Shown piece after piece: positions 52,536-64,000 of a DNA stretch of 64,000 nucleotides; the stretch's first letter is position 1, and every line of letters starts with the position of its first letter. The notes below the pieces were generated by a model. It saw only the letters and a program-made list of their open reading frames with translations. It ran no database searches and had not been told where the DNA came from. The position numbers and the translations under genes were made by a program. Source of the stretch: Nymphaea colorata (taxonomy: Eukaryota); assembly GCF_008831285.2 (NCBI RefSeq), contig NC_045138.2, positions 11,222,001 through 11,286,000 on the forward strand, in the 5' to 3' direction.

Positions 52536-55500
52536 TATACAAATTCCCATATCTTTCAGTAAGCGTTTGAGCCACACTATCTCCATTGTTGTAGTTGCCA
52601 TTGCACGATACTCAACTTCTGTTGATGATAGCGACACCTTATTCTGTTTCTTGCATCGCCAGGAAATTAAGGAATCACCTAAAAACACACAAAAACTAGT
52701 GGTGGAGTGCCTATTATTGGGATCTCTATCCCAATCAGCATCTGTATAAGCAACTAATTCTAATATAGAAGAGGAAGACAGAAATAGTTCTTTGTTAATC
52801 GTGTTTTTCACATAACGAACGATCCGCATTGCCGCTCCCATGTGTATTGAGGTGGGTCTTTGTTAAAATTGGCTTATCACATGCACGACATGAGCAATGT
52901 CAGGTCTAGTGATGGAGAGGTAAGAGAGAGCACCAACTATTTGCCGAAAAGGAGTGAGATTCTCTACTATCTCTCCATCATCAAATTTCATTTTAACTCC
53001 CAGTGCTTCTGGAGTATCCACAACTTTATCATCTAAGATACCTGTTCTATCAACTAACTCACTGGCAAATTTCATTTGAGAAAGAAGATAACCCTGCTTG
53101 CTACAAGCAACTTCAATTCCAAGAAAATATGATAGTCTTTCCAAATCAGTCATTTGAAAACATTTCTTAAGAAAATGTTTTACCTCAATAATCCCTTCAT
53201 CATCACTCCTAGTAATAACGATATCATCAACATACAATAATAAAATAATTACACCTACGGAGGTGGTTTTTACAAACATAGCAGTATCAGAGTAGCAAGA
53301 TTGAAAACCTTGATTAAACATGACACTACTAAACTTGTCGAACCAGGCCTTGGGAGCTTGTTTTAAACCACAAAGGGCTTTCTTAAGACGTAAAACTTTG
53401 TTTTGAGGTAGATCAAAACCAGGAGGAGCATTCATGAAAACTTCTTCCTGTAGGTGACCATTTAAGAAAGCATTTTTAACATCTATTTGAAAAATAGTCC
53501 AATGTTTAATAGAAGCAATGGCAATAAGGGTTCTAACAGAAGTCATGCGAGCAACAAGAGCAAAGGTTTCTTCATAATCAATCTCATATTCTTGGGCATA
53601 TCCCTTGGCAACAAGTCTGACCTTATATCTTTCTAAAGTTCCATCATTTCTAGTTTTGACCTTATAGATCCATCTACAACCAATAGTCTTCTTTCCTGTT
53701 GGTAGAGAAACAATATCCCAAGTCTCATTGCTTTCAAGAGCCTTAAGCTCCAGATTCATGGCCTCAATCCAATTGGGATCTTCCTTAGCTTCAAGGTAAG
53801 AAGAAGGCTCATAAAAAGAATGGTGTGCCATAAGACAAGCTTGAAATTTTGAAGAAAAAGACTTATAAGAGACAAATCTTTGAGGAGGCCTAATGTGCCT
53901 TTGGGATCTCCTAGGAAGAGATTGATTAGTTTCTTGACTTTGGGGATCTCTTCTTCTATAAACTAAAATCTCATGAGTAGGATTATCATTGTTGACTTCT
54001 TCAATTTGTACTTCTTCAACTTTATCGGATTCATCATCATCAAAATCATCATCATCATCAATATCATTAGTCCAAAGAAAAGTATAATCTTCTAGTTTCT
54101 TGGGTTCGTTTTTAAAACCATCTTCACTTTCTAAGAAAATCACATTTCTAGAAACATACACTCTATCTCTTACAATATTATAACACCTATAACCCTTTTG
54201 AGTTTCAGAATACCCAATAAAAACACAACAAATAGCTTTGGAAGAAAGCTTATCGTCTTTGTCACTTAACACAAAACATTTGCAACCAAAGACTTTATTG
54301 TAATTAGGTTTAACGTGGTGAAGTTTTTCAAAAGGAGAAATATGTTTCAAAAGTTTGGAAGGCATTCTATTAATTAAATAGGTTGAAGTTAAAACAGCCT
54401 CAGCCCAAAAGTTTTTGGGAACATTTTTGAATAAAAGAAGAGCTCTTGTTGTTTCAATAATGTGCCTATGCTTACGCTCGGCTACTCCATTTTGTTGTGG
54501 AGTGTTAGGACAAGATCTTTGATGAACAATACCTTTCTCTTTTAGAAATTGTTGAAACTCATTTGACATAAATTCTCCTCCCGAATCACTTCTAAAGACT
54601 TTGATATTTGAGCCAAATTGGGTATAGATCATATTGTAAAAATTCTTAAAGTTTTTAAAAACCTCCGATTTGTGTTTGAGAAAGTAAACCCAAGTATGTC
54701 TAGAATAATCATCAATAAAGATCACATAGTACAATAATCCTCCTTTTGACATAATAGGAGCGGGTCCCCACACATCCAAATGCACCAAATCAAATGATTT
54801 TTGGACAATGAAATTTCTATTATCAAAAGGTAAGGCTTTCATTTTTGCCTTAATACAATCATTACAATGAAAATTCTTTTGACAAAAATTCTCCATAAAG
54901 GGAAGATGAGACATTTTTTCTAGATTTGAGTGTCCAAGTCTTTGATGCCAAGTTTGAATGTCACATCCTTTGGAGATATTGCAAGATGGTCTTGAAAGAT
55001 CCAAAAACTCTATGTAGTAGAGATCATTTGTTCTAAAACCTTCCCTAATCGTCTTCTTGGATACACGGTCCTGTATCAAACATTTGTATTGTGAGAAGAT
55101 TATATCAAAACCAAGGTCGGCTATTTGAGAAACGGATAATAAATTTAAGTTTAATTTAGGAATATATCTAACATAAGGTACTTTTAGAGTTTTGGATCCA
55201 AGAGTTTGGTCAAGATTTCCAATAAAATCGATTTCAAGAGAAGTATCATCCGTCGTTTTCACAAAAGAATAAGAATCATTTTTCGTGCATTCGGAGAGAA
55301 GGGATCCACAAGGAGTCATATGAAAAGATGCTCCCGAATCAATAATCCAAGAGTACTTACTTGAAGAAGTAGATGCCATGGTGGCGCCCAATGTTGAAGG
55401 TGTGCCTCCTCCCTTTAATAAAGGTTGAATAACTTCAATGATCTTGGGTTGAAGAGCACTCATGAGTTGATCTAGTTGGAATGAGCTTGCATCTTTCCTT

Positions 55501-56380
55501 TCTTCTTGAATTGGAGCCGCAACATTGCTTCTTTTGTCAAAAAATCTAAGTTTTGGACATCTAGGCTTGGTATGTCCTTCTTGACAATGATAGCAAATAA
55601 TCTTTCTTCTTGCTCCTTCATTTGTACGATTAAAGTGAGGAGGTCTATAAGGTCTCAAATGGTCCCCTGGCCTAGATGTGGCAAGAACATTATTGACTTT
55701 TTCTTTATCAAGACAAAGTTGATTTTCTTTCATTTGAAGCTCCGCAATAGCCTCATTCATAGATGATGTTTTAGAACGATGAAGTAAAGTGGTTTTAACA
55801 CCATCAAATTCGGGTCTAAGACCTATGATAAACTTATAGAACTTGTCACGTTGTATTTGCTTTTCTCTAAGAAGAAGATCTTGCGTCCAATGTGGTTCAA
55901 AAATGCTTAATTTATCATACAATTGATCCATTTCAGCCACATACTCTTTAATGGATCTATCTCCTTGTTGGAGTTTGTGAATTTTGAGTTGAACATTATG
56001 CATATAGGCAACATCTCTCATGGTGTGAGTTTTCTTTAGATACTCCCAAGCCTTTAAGGCAGAATTTAATTTAGAGATTTGCCCACTAGTAGCATTGTCA
56101 ACACAGGTCAAGATCCAAGTAATAATCTTATGATTACCAACACTCCATTCTTCACATTTCTTATTAAATTCAGCCATAACTTTCTCTTTTTCCGTTCCAT
56201 CCAATTCCATAGCTCTTCTATCAACAACTTTAGTAAGGACTAATTGTGGTTCAAGTTTTGTCCCATCAACTAGTCCCCAAAGGCTCTTACTACGTATAAA
56301 GTGTTTCATAGTTCTATCCCATTATATATAACTTGTTGATGAGAGTTTAGGAAATGGTAGAGAAGAGACTTTGTCATCCA
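52536..56380 (-). pseudogene. Outer copia gag-pol (1148-aa open stretch 52863-56309; RNase H continues at about 46759-47009)
   Basis: WIIDSGAS, HLDVWGP, FRSDSGGEF, PQQNGVAERKHRH, LLYVDDIV and YTDADW. In-frame stop at 52863 and the nested insertion. Confidence 0.93.
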
Positions 56381-58106
56381 TGAGCACAATCAAGAAGGTA
56401 GATCCACTTACAAGTAATGAAGAAGCTAGCAGCCATGTGAGAAGAAGTCCACGGCAAAGGAGAAGAAACCAGTCACCCTTATTCTTGTGTAAAACTTGTA
56501 TTTTTGAGATGACAAACAAATGAAGAAAACAGCCACAATCTTCACCACCAATAGAGGCCAGCAAAACAACACCTCAACCACAATCTTCACCACCAATAGA
56601 GGCCAGCAAAACAGTACCTTCTTGTGTCAAGAATCAGCCAGTAATAACGTCGAACACTTGGAGTGTTTTACGGCTCCAAAGAAGGAGTAAGAGCTGAAAC
56701 TTCAAACTGAAGGACAACACGATGAATAGCCAAAACGTGGCTCTGATACCATGAAAATCAGGCCCGAAAAGACAAATACTTCAAGCAAATCAGCCTTGAA
56801 GCTTCCACCAACAAGTCAAACTCACAAGCCCTCAAACAAGAGGTGAAGAAGCACTTAAATTAATCACAATAAGAGATACATAAAGTAGGCTAAAAAGCCA
56901 TGCCAAAACAAAGGAGAAGCTGCCCTATTTATAGAGGAGAGGGCCAAAGAGAAGGAGGAGGAGGCAGTCCCAATGGCTAGAAATCTAGCCGTTGGGACTA
57001 GTCTCCCTCTAGGTAAAACAGAAAAAGGAGAGGGATAAAAGGGGAAAAACGGAAAATGAACTAAAAGAAAAGATACATGAAGAAAGTAAAGATTACATAA
57101 GTGTCCTAAGTACCCAAAAGATAATAAAATATATATATACATATAAAGCATATATTAGATGACTAATATATGTGATATATATAAATATATATATGTATAC
57201 ATTTGGGATACATACATTCTAACACTGATAGCTGTAGATCACAGACTTATCAAAAGGCATTATATAAGAAAATTTTGACAGTTGATTATAAATAGTAATC
57301 ATAATAATAATAAGCAGAAGGAGGAGGAGGCTGCACACACACACATAGTGAGAGAAAGAGAGGGGAGAGAGAGAGAGAGAGAGAGAGAGGAAGGAAGAAA
57401 GAAGAAGAATGTCCAAGTCAACCAACATGTCCTCAATCTATGCACTGGCAAATTTGGAGGCCAGGGACTAGTTGGTGGACTAGCAACCAGAGCTTGCTAG
57501 TTTAACAGTATAGAATCATAGATTAAAACAAAAAAATCAATCAAAAACTAAAGAGAGAAGAACAATGAATAAGTTTGTCCATCATTCCATTTTTCTTATC
57601 TTTTGAAACATAAGTCCATAGAATGAAAAATATGTAGTTGTTAAATCCTCATCCTACACTTATCATCTCTTTGTCCAACAAAAATGAAGTGTGTAATGAT
57701 ACATCATAGGATGCCCTAAAGTTTGCACGTGCATGATCGGTCTAAAAATGTGTTACATAGAAATATGAGGACATTGCATATTGGTTAGCTTGACTAGATT
57801 GCTGAACAGTGTTTGGTAGCACAAACAGCATTATACTTTTACAGTTTTTACTAGCAGCTCTGACAAGGCCAAACAGATGCACATGAATGTAACATGTAGG
57901 TGTGTGGGGGAGAAGGAGAGTTGTACTACATCAAACTATAGCTCATGAACAAAAATAGGTATTCAAAGACTACTTGCAGGCAACAACTTCTGGTCTAGGA
58001 TAAAATGGACAAAAAATAAAATCTTGGATATGAAATAAAGAATAACTAGTTTTACATGTAAAATCTGCAAGAAAAAAAGCAGGAGTAATTTTTCTAAAAA
58101 ACTCAT

Positions 58107-59603
58107 GAGCATTTTGGATGTTGATCGCAACCAATGAAGTATCCGGAACCATGTCTGCTGACTTTAAAGAACAAGCTCCCAACTAGACAACTGTAACAAA
58201 GGTCATACATTTAATTTTACAGAATATGACATTTCTTTGCCAATACAATAATACTTGATTCCTTCTTCAAAAGCAGAAAAAGGAAACAAACAAGAAGAAC
58301 ACAGGACCATATAGCTAAAGGCCCCAGCATTGGCCTCTATCGAGCTCAAATCAGTATGACAAATCCCAAACAAGCATGTAACGAGATAAATAATTCAACA
58401 CTAAATTTTCCTTTATTTTTTCAAAAGCTGGTATATGATTTTGCTTGGGTATTTTGATGAGTTGATGCATATGCTGATAACTCAATCTCTCAACCACAGA
58501 GGAGGATAATTGTCATTACTAGATAAGCATTTATGTTGTAAGCTATAATTTTTACATATACTTTTTTCTTTTACTTTGTGATTCACTTTAAGATGGAGAG
58601 AGAGAGAGAGAGGAACCCTGAATCGTCGATACATCCGAGATCATTTTCTGCACACGGTCCTGTGTCTGTGTGACAAGCAAAACACAGCCACACTAGTGTC
58701 ATTTTATATGACAGCATTTTTCATTATAAACAAACTTTTGTGCATATTTTGTCAGTTCTTGAGTACCTTGCTCTTTTTTAATTTTCTGTCCTTTCATGTT
58801 TAACTTGGTCACACACAAAATTCCTTAGCTCTGGTCGGAAACTTCTCAAGCAAATTTTGCAAATAGCTTAATAATATTTACCATATCAGCACATTACAAA
58901 TATGAAAGTGTTTTCATGTCCATTCATTTCCTTGTACATGCATTGGCCTGTGAGGCTTTGACTAGACCTCCTTGAGCACCCCAAAAGAAAAAGCAAGATT
59001 GAATGCATTAGCCCATCCAGCAAACTCACTACTCAGGAAGCTGAGCTGTTAGTATCAAATCTCCCTCCGCTCATCTTTGGTCATTCATGAAAGCTTGGTA
59101 GAAATTAAGTGCAGGAAATTATATCTGAAGCCAGATAACTGTGCAATAGGGTACTTGTTGAACCAAAAAAAATAATAATAATAAGTGTACACCAGCATAA
59201 GTACCTAGGACAGGTTCTGTGTTTAATAAGTAGAGAAGAGAATAATTGATCCTTAAAAGTCTCTCCCAACATCTGTTCCACGTGCAAGAAGAGTGGTCAG
59301 TAAGAGAAGAGCAAGAAGCAGAGGTAAATTACAACTTGCACCTTTTCCCTGTTCAGGGATTTTCATACCAATACAACTAGCTGAAATGCCTAACATGAGT
59401 TTTACAAAGATTCAAACAGAAAAATAAATTTATAAGCAACAGCCTAAAAACAGATATCTCCTGCAATTCATTAGCAATTTGGAAACAAGGAATACCTGTC
59501 GAATATCAACTTTGGTCACATGGTCACAGTACTTGCTAAACCGTGTCCAGTAATTGTTCAAAAGACTCTTCCATTCAGTCATACCCGCAGAAACATTGTC
59601 CAA
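58107..59603 (-). pseudogene. Organellar (bacterial TopA-like) type IA DNA topoisomerase gene fragment, 3 exons
   Basis: Exons 59496-59603 (LDNVSAGMTEWKSLLNNYWTRFSKYC..), 59205-59281 (VEQMLGETFKDQLF..RTCP) and 58107-58190 (SCLVGSLFFKVSRHGSGYFIGCDQHPKC) join in frame and resemble the TopA end-of-core and Zn-ribbon region. The exon 2 acceptor reads AC instead of AG, and the exon 3 donor reads ATGAGT instead of GTGAGT. Confidence 0.8.
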
Positions 59604-59614
59604 CTGATGAGATG

Positions 59615-62600
59615 TGTTGCGAGAGAGAGAGAGAGGCGGCAAAACGTTGAAGTTCATTACGTGACCCTAATCTCTATTAAGAGATTAGGGTTAGGGAAAA
59701 TTACAAGAGAAGTCCACTAAAAATAACAAAACATTTAAAGAGATCCTCCCTAACTTCCTAATATTTCAGAAAACCTCTTTTTGTAACTTTAACACTCCCC
59801 CTCAAGCTGGAGCATATATATCAATCATGCTCAGCTTGTTACAACATCTCAGGAAATCGCCTATGGGAAGAGCTTTAGTGAGAATATCTGCTGCCTGATC
59901 TTCTGAGGAGACATGAATAGTGCTAACAATTCTTCCTTGAAGTAAGTCCCGAATATAGTGGCAATCCACTTCAATGTGTTAAGTCCTCTCATGGAAGACA
60001 GGATTGTTAGCGATATATGTAGCTGCCTTGTTGTCACATTACATCTTCATTGGGAGATTCACTGAGACACCCAACTCTACAAGTAGTGATCTAACCCACG
60101 ACATTTCAGCCGCAGTTTGAGCCATAGCCCTATATTCTGACTCAGCACTAGAACGAGCCACAACATTCTGCTTCTTGCTCCTCCAAGAAATAAGATTACC
60201 GCCCACAAAGACACAAAAACCGGTAGTAGACTTCTTGTCATCTACAGATCCAGCATAATCAGCATCACTATACGCCTCGATGTCAACACATTCTCCTTTC
60301 TTGAACCATAGCCCCTTTCTCGGGGCTGATTTCAAGTATCTTACAATCATTAGAGCTGCATCCCAGTGAACTTTTTGGGGTTTTTTCATGAATTGGCTCA
60401 ACTTATTCACAGCAAAGCTAATGTCGGGACGAGTGACAGTCAAATATAACAGTTTCCCTATCAGAGATCTATAAGATCTAGAGTCAAATGGCTCTGAGTC
60501 ATCATCATGTATATGAATGCGAGGATTCATGGGAAGTGTGGCAGGTTTATCCCCCAATAGTCCCGTTTCCTGTAGAAGATCAAGAACATATTTCCTTTGA
60601 GACACTACAACTCCTTTATTACTACGAGCCACCTCAATACCAAGAAAATAACGAAGTTGTTCAAGGTCTTTCGTAACAAAGTATTGCTGTAAAAACTCCT
60701 TTGTTTGAGCTATCTCTTGTTCATTTTTTCCTGTAAGAACAATATCATCCACGTAGACAATCAATATCACAAGTCCTGCTGAGCCTCGCTTGATAAACAA
60801 TGAGTGATCAAGCTGAGATCGGTGAAATCCACAATTAGATAACACTTCAGTAAGCTTTTGGAACCATCCACAGGGACTCTGTTTGAGTCCATAAATAGCC
60901 TTCTTTAACTTGCATAGCTTGGAACACTCCCATTGTCGCTCAAAACCAGGTGGTTGCTGCATATAAACGATTTCAGAAAGGTCTCCATACAGAAATGCAT
61001 TTTTTACATCCAATTGAAAAAGAGGCCACTCTCGTTGGACAGCAAGAGAGATAATCAAGCGAATAGTGCCCAACCGGGCCACAGGCAAAAATGTCTCAAA
61101 GAAGTCAACACCATAAGTCTGAGTATACCCTTTTGCGACAAGACGGGCCTTGAACCTTTCAACTGACCCATCAGAATGATACTTGATGGTGAATACCCAT
61201 CGTGAGCCAACCACATCACAGCGTGTTGGGGGGTCTACCAAATCCCAAGTCTCCCGAGAAAGAAGAGCATCCATTTCCTCCTGCATAGCTTGTCGCCAAC
61301 ATGGATCTAACAGGGCGTGATGGTGTGAGGACGGGATAACATGACTAGATAGAGCTTGATCAAACTGTACTAAGCGTGTACTCAGATGAGCAGTAGAGAC
61401 AAAATTAGATATAGGATGTAAGGTACACTGTCGCTTGCCCTTGCGAATAGCAATAGGGAGATCTGCTGCAGAATAGTCATCACTTAAACCTGAGTCAGTC
61501 TTATCAGTAGAGCTTACCTCTTGAGATGATGCTGGTGGACGGTTGAGAGAGGGACCTAGACGACGAGTGTAAACCAACGGAGGCTCAAGAAAACGTTCAT
61601 GTGACCTAGGTTGAGATGATGGAAATGACTCAAGTGACACTGGTGGAATAGGAAGAGGTATAGGTGCATGCATCTCATATGAAGAGGGACTTGACGGAGG
61701 GAAATAAGGACGAGACTCAAAGAAGGTAACATCCGCACTGATAATGTCTTTCTTGGTCAAGGGATCAAAGCATTTGTATCCCTTTTGATTGGCTGAATAG
61801 CCAATAAAGATACATTTGATGGCTTGGGCAGCAAGTTTGCTTTTGTTCGGGCCTAGGATATGTGCAAAGCAAGTGCATCCAAAAACTTTGGGAGGTAAAT
61901 GAAATAATGAACGCCCTGGATATAGAATTTGAATTGGAATACGGTCTTGAATAGAGGAAGAGGGTAATCTATTAATGAGGTAACACGCAGTAAGAATAGC
62001 ATCACCCCAAAAATAGGCAGACATGTGAGAATGTAACATGAGGGTACGAGCTACGTTTAGGAGTTGCCGATGTTTGCGTTCGGCTACACCATTCTGTTGG
62101 GATGTATGTGGACAAGTATATTGAGGTCGAATTCCATGGTCGGCATAAAACTGAAGTAGAATGGAAGACTTGAATTCAAGAGCATTATCAGTGTGAATAT
62201 TTTTGACAATGAGTCCAATCTGAGTTTTTATTTCCTTGATAAATTTTTGAAGAATACATATGACTTCAGATCTTTCCCTTAACAAGAAAACCCAACTGAC
62301 TCTAGTAAAATCATCAACTAGAACAAGATAATATCGAAAACATGATCGAAAAGGAACCCGACTAGGACCCCATACATCCACATGAATGAGATTAAAAGGA
62401 CTCTGACTCGACGGACTCTGACTCGAAGGAAAGCTGCTCCATGTATGCTTGCCCAACTGGCAGGCATCACATAAGAAGGACTCTGATGCAGGAATATCTG
62501 GAAACATGCGATGAAGTTTTGGTACTGAAGGATGACCCAGTCTGAGATGCCATTGGAAGGGAGAAGGCTTGGAAGGGACTGAAGATGCAGCAACATCAAC

Positions 62601-64000
62601 TGGGATTGACAAAAAATAAAGGCCCTCATGCTCATGGCCGCCACCAATCATCTTCCTAGTTGGTAAGTCCTGAAAAGAACAAGAGTCAGATTCAAAAATG
62701 ACTTTACATTGTAAGTCAATAGCTAGCTGTTTCACAGATATCAAATTAACAGGAAACTGAGGAGCATATAGCACATGAGTAATAGTGCCTAAACATGGAA
62801 GGTAAATATCCCCGCTACCCAAAACAGGGGACAACTTGCCATCAGCCAGCTTAACATGTTGTGGTGTAGAAAATCTGACAAATGATGAAAAATTTTGTGG
62901 TTGATTACAACAATGTCTAGAAGCGCCCGAGTCTATCATCCATGTCATACCTGGATCAGCAGTAGGAGCACCAACAGAGAATGCTGAATCTACAACAGCG
63001 GCATTGGTAGATGTAGAGGTAGATGTAGAGGCAGACCTCTGAGCAAGAACACGATCATATTCATCCTTACTTAGGTTAAGAGAATATGACATAGATATAG
63101 AAGGATCAGTAGAAGACTCAACCATAGATATTGTTGCCTTTGAATGAGCTGCATGGGATGAAGAAGGACCTCTACTTGTGGTGATTCTACCTCCACCACG
63201 TCCAGAGGAAACATTAGACCTGAGGTGAGGATGTTTGTCCCAACAACGATCCTCTAGATGACCAATTTTGCCACAATAAGAGCACTGAAATCTGCCACGT
63301 CCAGCACCACGGCCTGTACCACGTCCCCTAGTGCCTCCAAAAGAACTAGGGCCCCGTCCTCCTGATATCACAAGTGCAGAGACTGGTGTGTCATGCGTAG
63401 TCTGAGAAAGAGTGGCTGCAAAATGACTCAGCCTATTATACGTGTCTGCTAAATCTGGAAGTTCACTGCCTGTTAGAATTTGAGACTTTACCACAGAGTA
63501 TTTTGAAGATAGGCCAGATAAAAACTTCGCCACCATACCAGTCTCAACGTGTGATGCATAACAATGCTGGCAAGGTGGATGAAGAGCCTTTAACCGTTTA
63601 TATGCAGCAGTCAAAGTAGCAAAATATTGGGATAGGTCCTGATCCCCTTGTCGAATGTTACATAACTCCTCTTCTAGTTGTAGGATTTTGATTACATTAG
63701 TGGCATGCGAGTATGTCTTTCTCAAGAAATACCACATATCCTTGGCCTTGGTATAATATGCAATAGTTGGGGCTATATGAGACTCCACACTATTCATAAT
63801 CCAAGACATAACAATATAATTATCTTCATCCCACGCAACATATATTCTTTTTTTCTCAATAGGTTCATCCTCCTCAAGAATATATTTCTTCCTATGACCA
63901 GCCACTGACATTATGAATACCCTAGACCATATTTCATAATTTGAGCCATTAAGTTTCATCGTGGTTCCATAAGAGAATGAATTCCCAACCATCTTGTAGT
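59615..64000 (-). mobile_element. Ty1/copia element, 5' end beyond window; 3' LTR 59615-59794
   Basis: PPT (CTCCCCCT on +) at 59795-59802 adjacent to a 180-bp TGTT..AACA LTR, with a long gag-pol ORF. Confidence 0.93.
60039..63992 (-). CDS. Copia gag-pol polyprotein, 1317 aa, prematurely stopped in RNase H
   Basis: KLNGSNY, CSYCGKIGHLEDRCW, WMIDSGAS, HVDVWGP, QNGVAERKHR, VYVDDIV and YSDADYAG. Continues past stops as *CDNKAA..HERT*HIEVDCH. Confidence 0.92.
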   Translation of the reverse strand: MVGNSFSYGTTMKLNGSNYEIWSRVFIMSVAGHRKKYILEEDEPIEKKRIYVAWDEDNYIVMSWIMNSVESHIAPTIAYYTKAKDMWYFLRKTYSHATNVIKILQLEEELCNIRQGDQDLSQYFATLTAAYKRLKALHPPCQHCYASHVETGMVAKFLSGLSSKYSVVKSQILTGSELPDLADTYNRLSHFAATLSQTTHDTPVSALVISGGRGPSSFGGTRGRGTGRGAGRGRFQCSYCGKIGHLEDRCWDKHPHLRSNVSSGRGGGRITTSRGPSSSHAAHSKATISMVESSTDPSISMSYSLNLSKDEYDRVLAQRSASTSTSTSTNAAVVDSAFSVGAPTADPGMTWMIDSGASRHCCNQPQNFSSFVRFSTPQHVKLADGKLSPVLGSGDIYLPCLGTITHVLYAPQFPVNLISVKQLAIDLQCKVIFESDSCSFQDLPTRKMIGGGHEHEGLYFLSIPVDVAASSVPSKPSPFQWHLRLGHPSVPKLHRMFPDIPASESFLCDACQLGKHTWSSFPSSQSPSSQSPFNLIHVDVWGPSRVPFRSCFRYYLVLVDDFTRVSWVFLLRERSEVICILQKFIKEIKTQIGLIVKNIHTDNALEFKSSILLQFYADHGIRPQYTCPHTSQQNGVAERKHRQLLNVARTLMLHSHMSAYFWGDAILTACYLINRLPSSSIQDRIPIQILYPGRSLFHLPPKVFGCTCFAHILGPNKSKLAAQAIKCIFIGYSANQKGYKCFDPLTKKDIISADVTFFESRPYFPPSSPSSYEMHAPIPLPIPPVSLESFPSSQPRSHERFLEPPLVYTRRLGPSLNRPPASSQEVSSTDKTDSGLSDDYSAADLPIAIRKGKRQCTLHPISNFVSTAHLSTRLVQFDQALSSHVIPSSHHHALLDPCWRQAMQEEMDALLSRETWDLVDPPTRCDVVGSRWVFTIKYHSDGSVERFKARLVAKGYTQTYGVDFFETFLPVARLGTIRLIISLAVQREWPLFQLDVKNAFLYGDLSEIVYMQQPPGFERQWECSKLCKLKKAIYGLKQSPCGWFQKLTEVLSNCGFHRSQLDHSLFIKRGSAGLVILIVYVDDIVLTGKNEQEIAQTKEFLQQYFVTKDLEQLRYFLGIEVARSNKGVVVSQRKYVLDLLQETGLLGDKPATLPMNPRIHIHDDDSEPFDSRSYRSLIGKLLYLTVTRPDISFAVNKLSQFMKKPQKVHWDAALMIVRYLKSAPRKGLWFKKGECVDIEAYSDADYAGSVDDKKSTTGFCVFVGGNLISWRSKKQNVVARSSAESEYRAMAQTAAEMSWVRSLLVELGVSVNLPMKM

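Larger units (their letters stand above)
46274..57224 (-). mobile_element. Full-length Ty1/copia element (about 472-bp LTRs) hosting a nested copia
   Basis: LTRs 56752-57224 (5') and 46274-46745 (3'), TSD CTGAT (46269-46273, 57225-57229), PBS at 56739-56751 and PPT at about 46746-46753. RNase H is split at 47009/52536. Confidence 0.96.

Noticed and set aside
58105..59283. AT and AC termini suggesting a U12 AT-AC intron
   Set aside because: They belong to different introns and lack the ATATCCT U12 donor consensus.

Overview
This is nuclear DNA from a flowering plant (inferred from the transposon families and intron-containing plant gene fragments), and it is dominated by transposable elements. 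DNA transposons: a decayed hAT element (2138-6296) with a MITE of its own family nested in the transposase, three copies of a second hAT-type MITE family, and a PIF/Harbinger derivative with a TAA TSD. Ty1/copia elements: a full-length copy (7646-12903), a plus-strand copy nested in the RNase H of a minus-strand copy (46274-57224), a near-intact copy running off the right end, and a rearranged block of copia/gypsy remnants (about 28.9-44.0 kb). Host sequence is limited to two minus-strand, intron-containing fragments that look pseudogenic: five exons of a DCL4-like Dicer (43989-45754) and three exons of an organellar type IA topoisomerase (58107-59603, two splice sites mutated). There are also weak exon-like pieces at the left end. 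The most interesting observations are a perfect palindrome of two mitosis-specific-activator (MSA) motifs just upstream of a copia LTR TATA box, the TopA/DCL4 juxtaposition, an inverted LTR clock in the nested pair, and a conserved protease-spanning Gag intron in four copia elements. I found no convincing wholly new system. All alignments and mismatch counts were done by eye.
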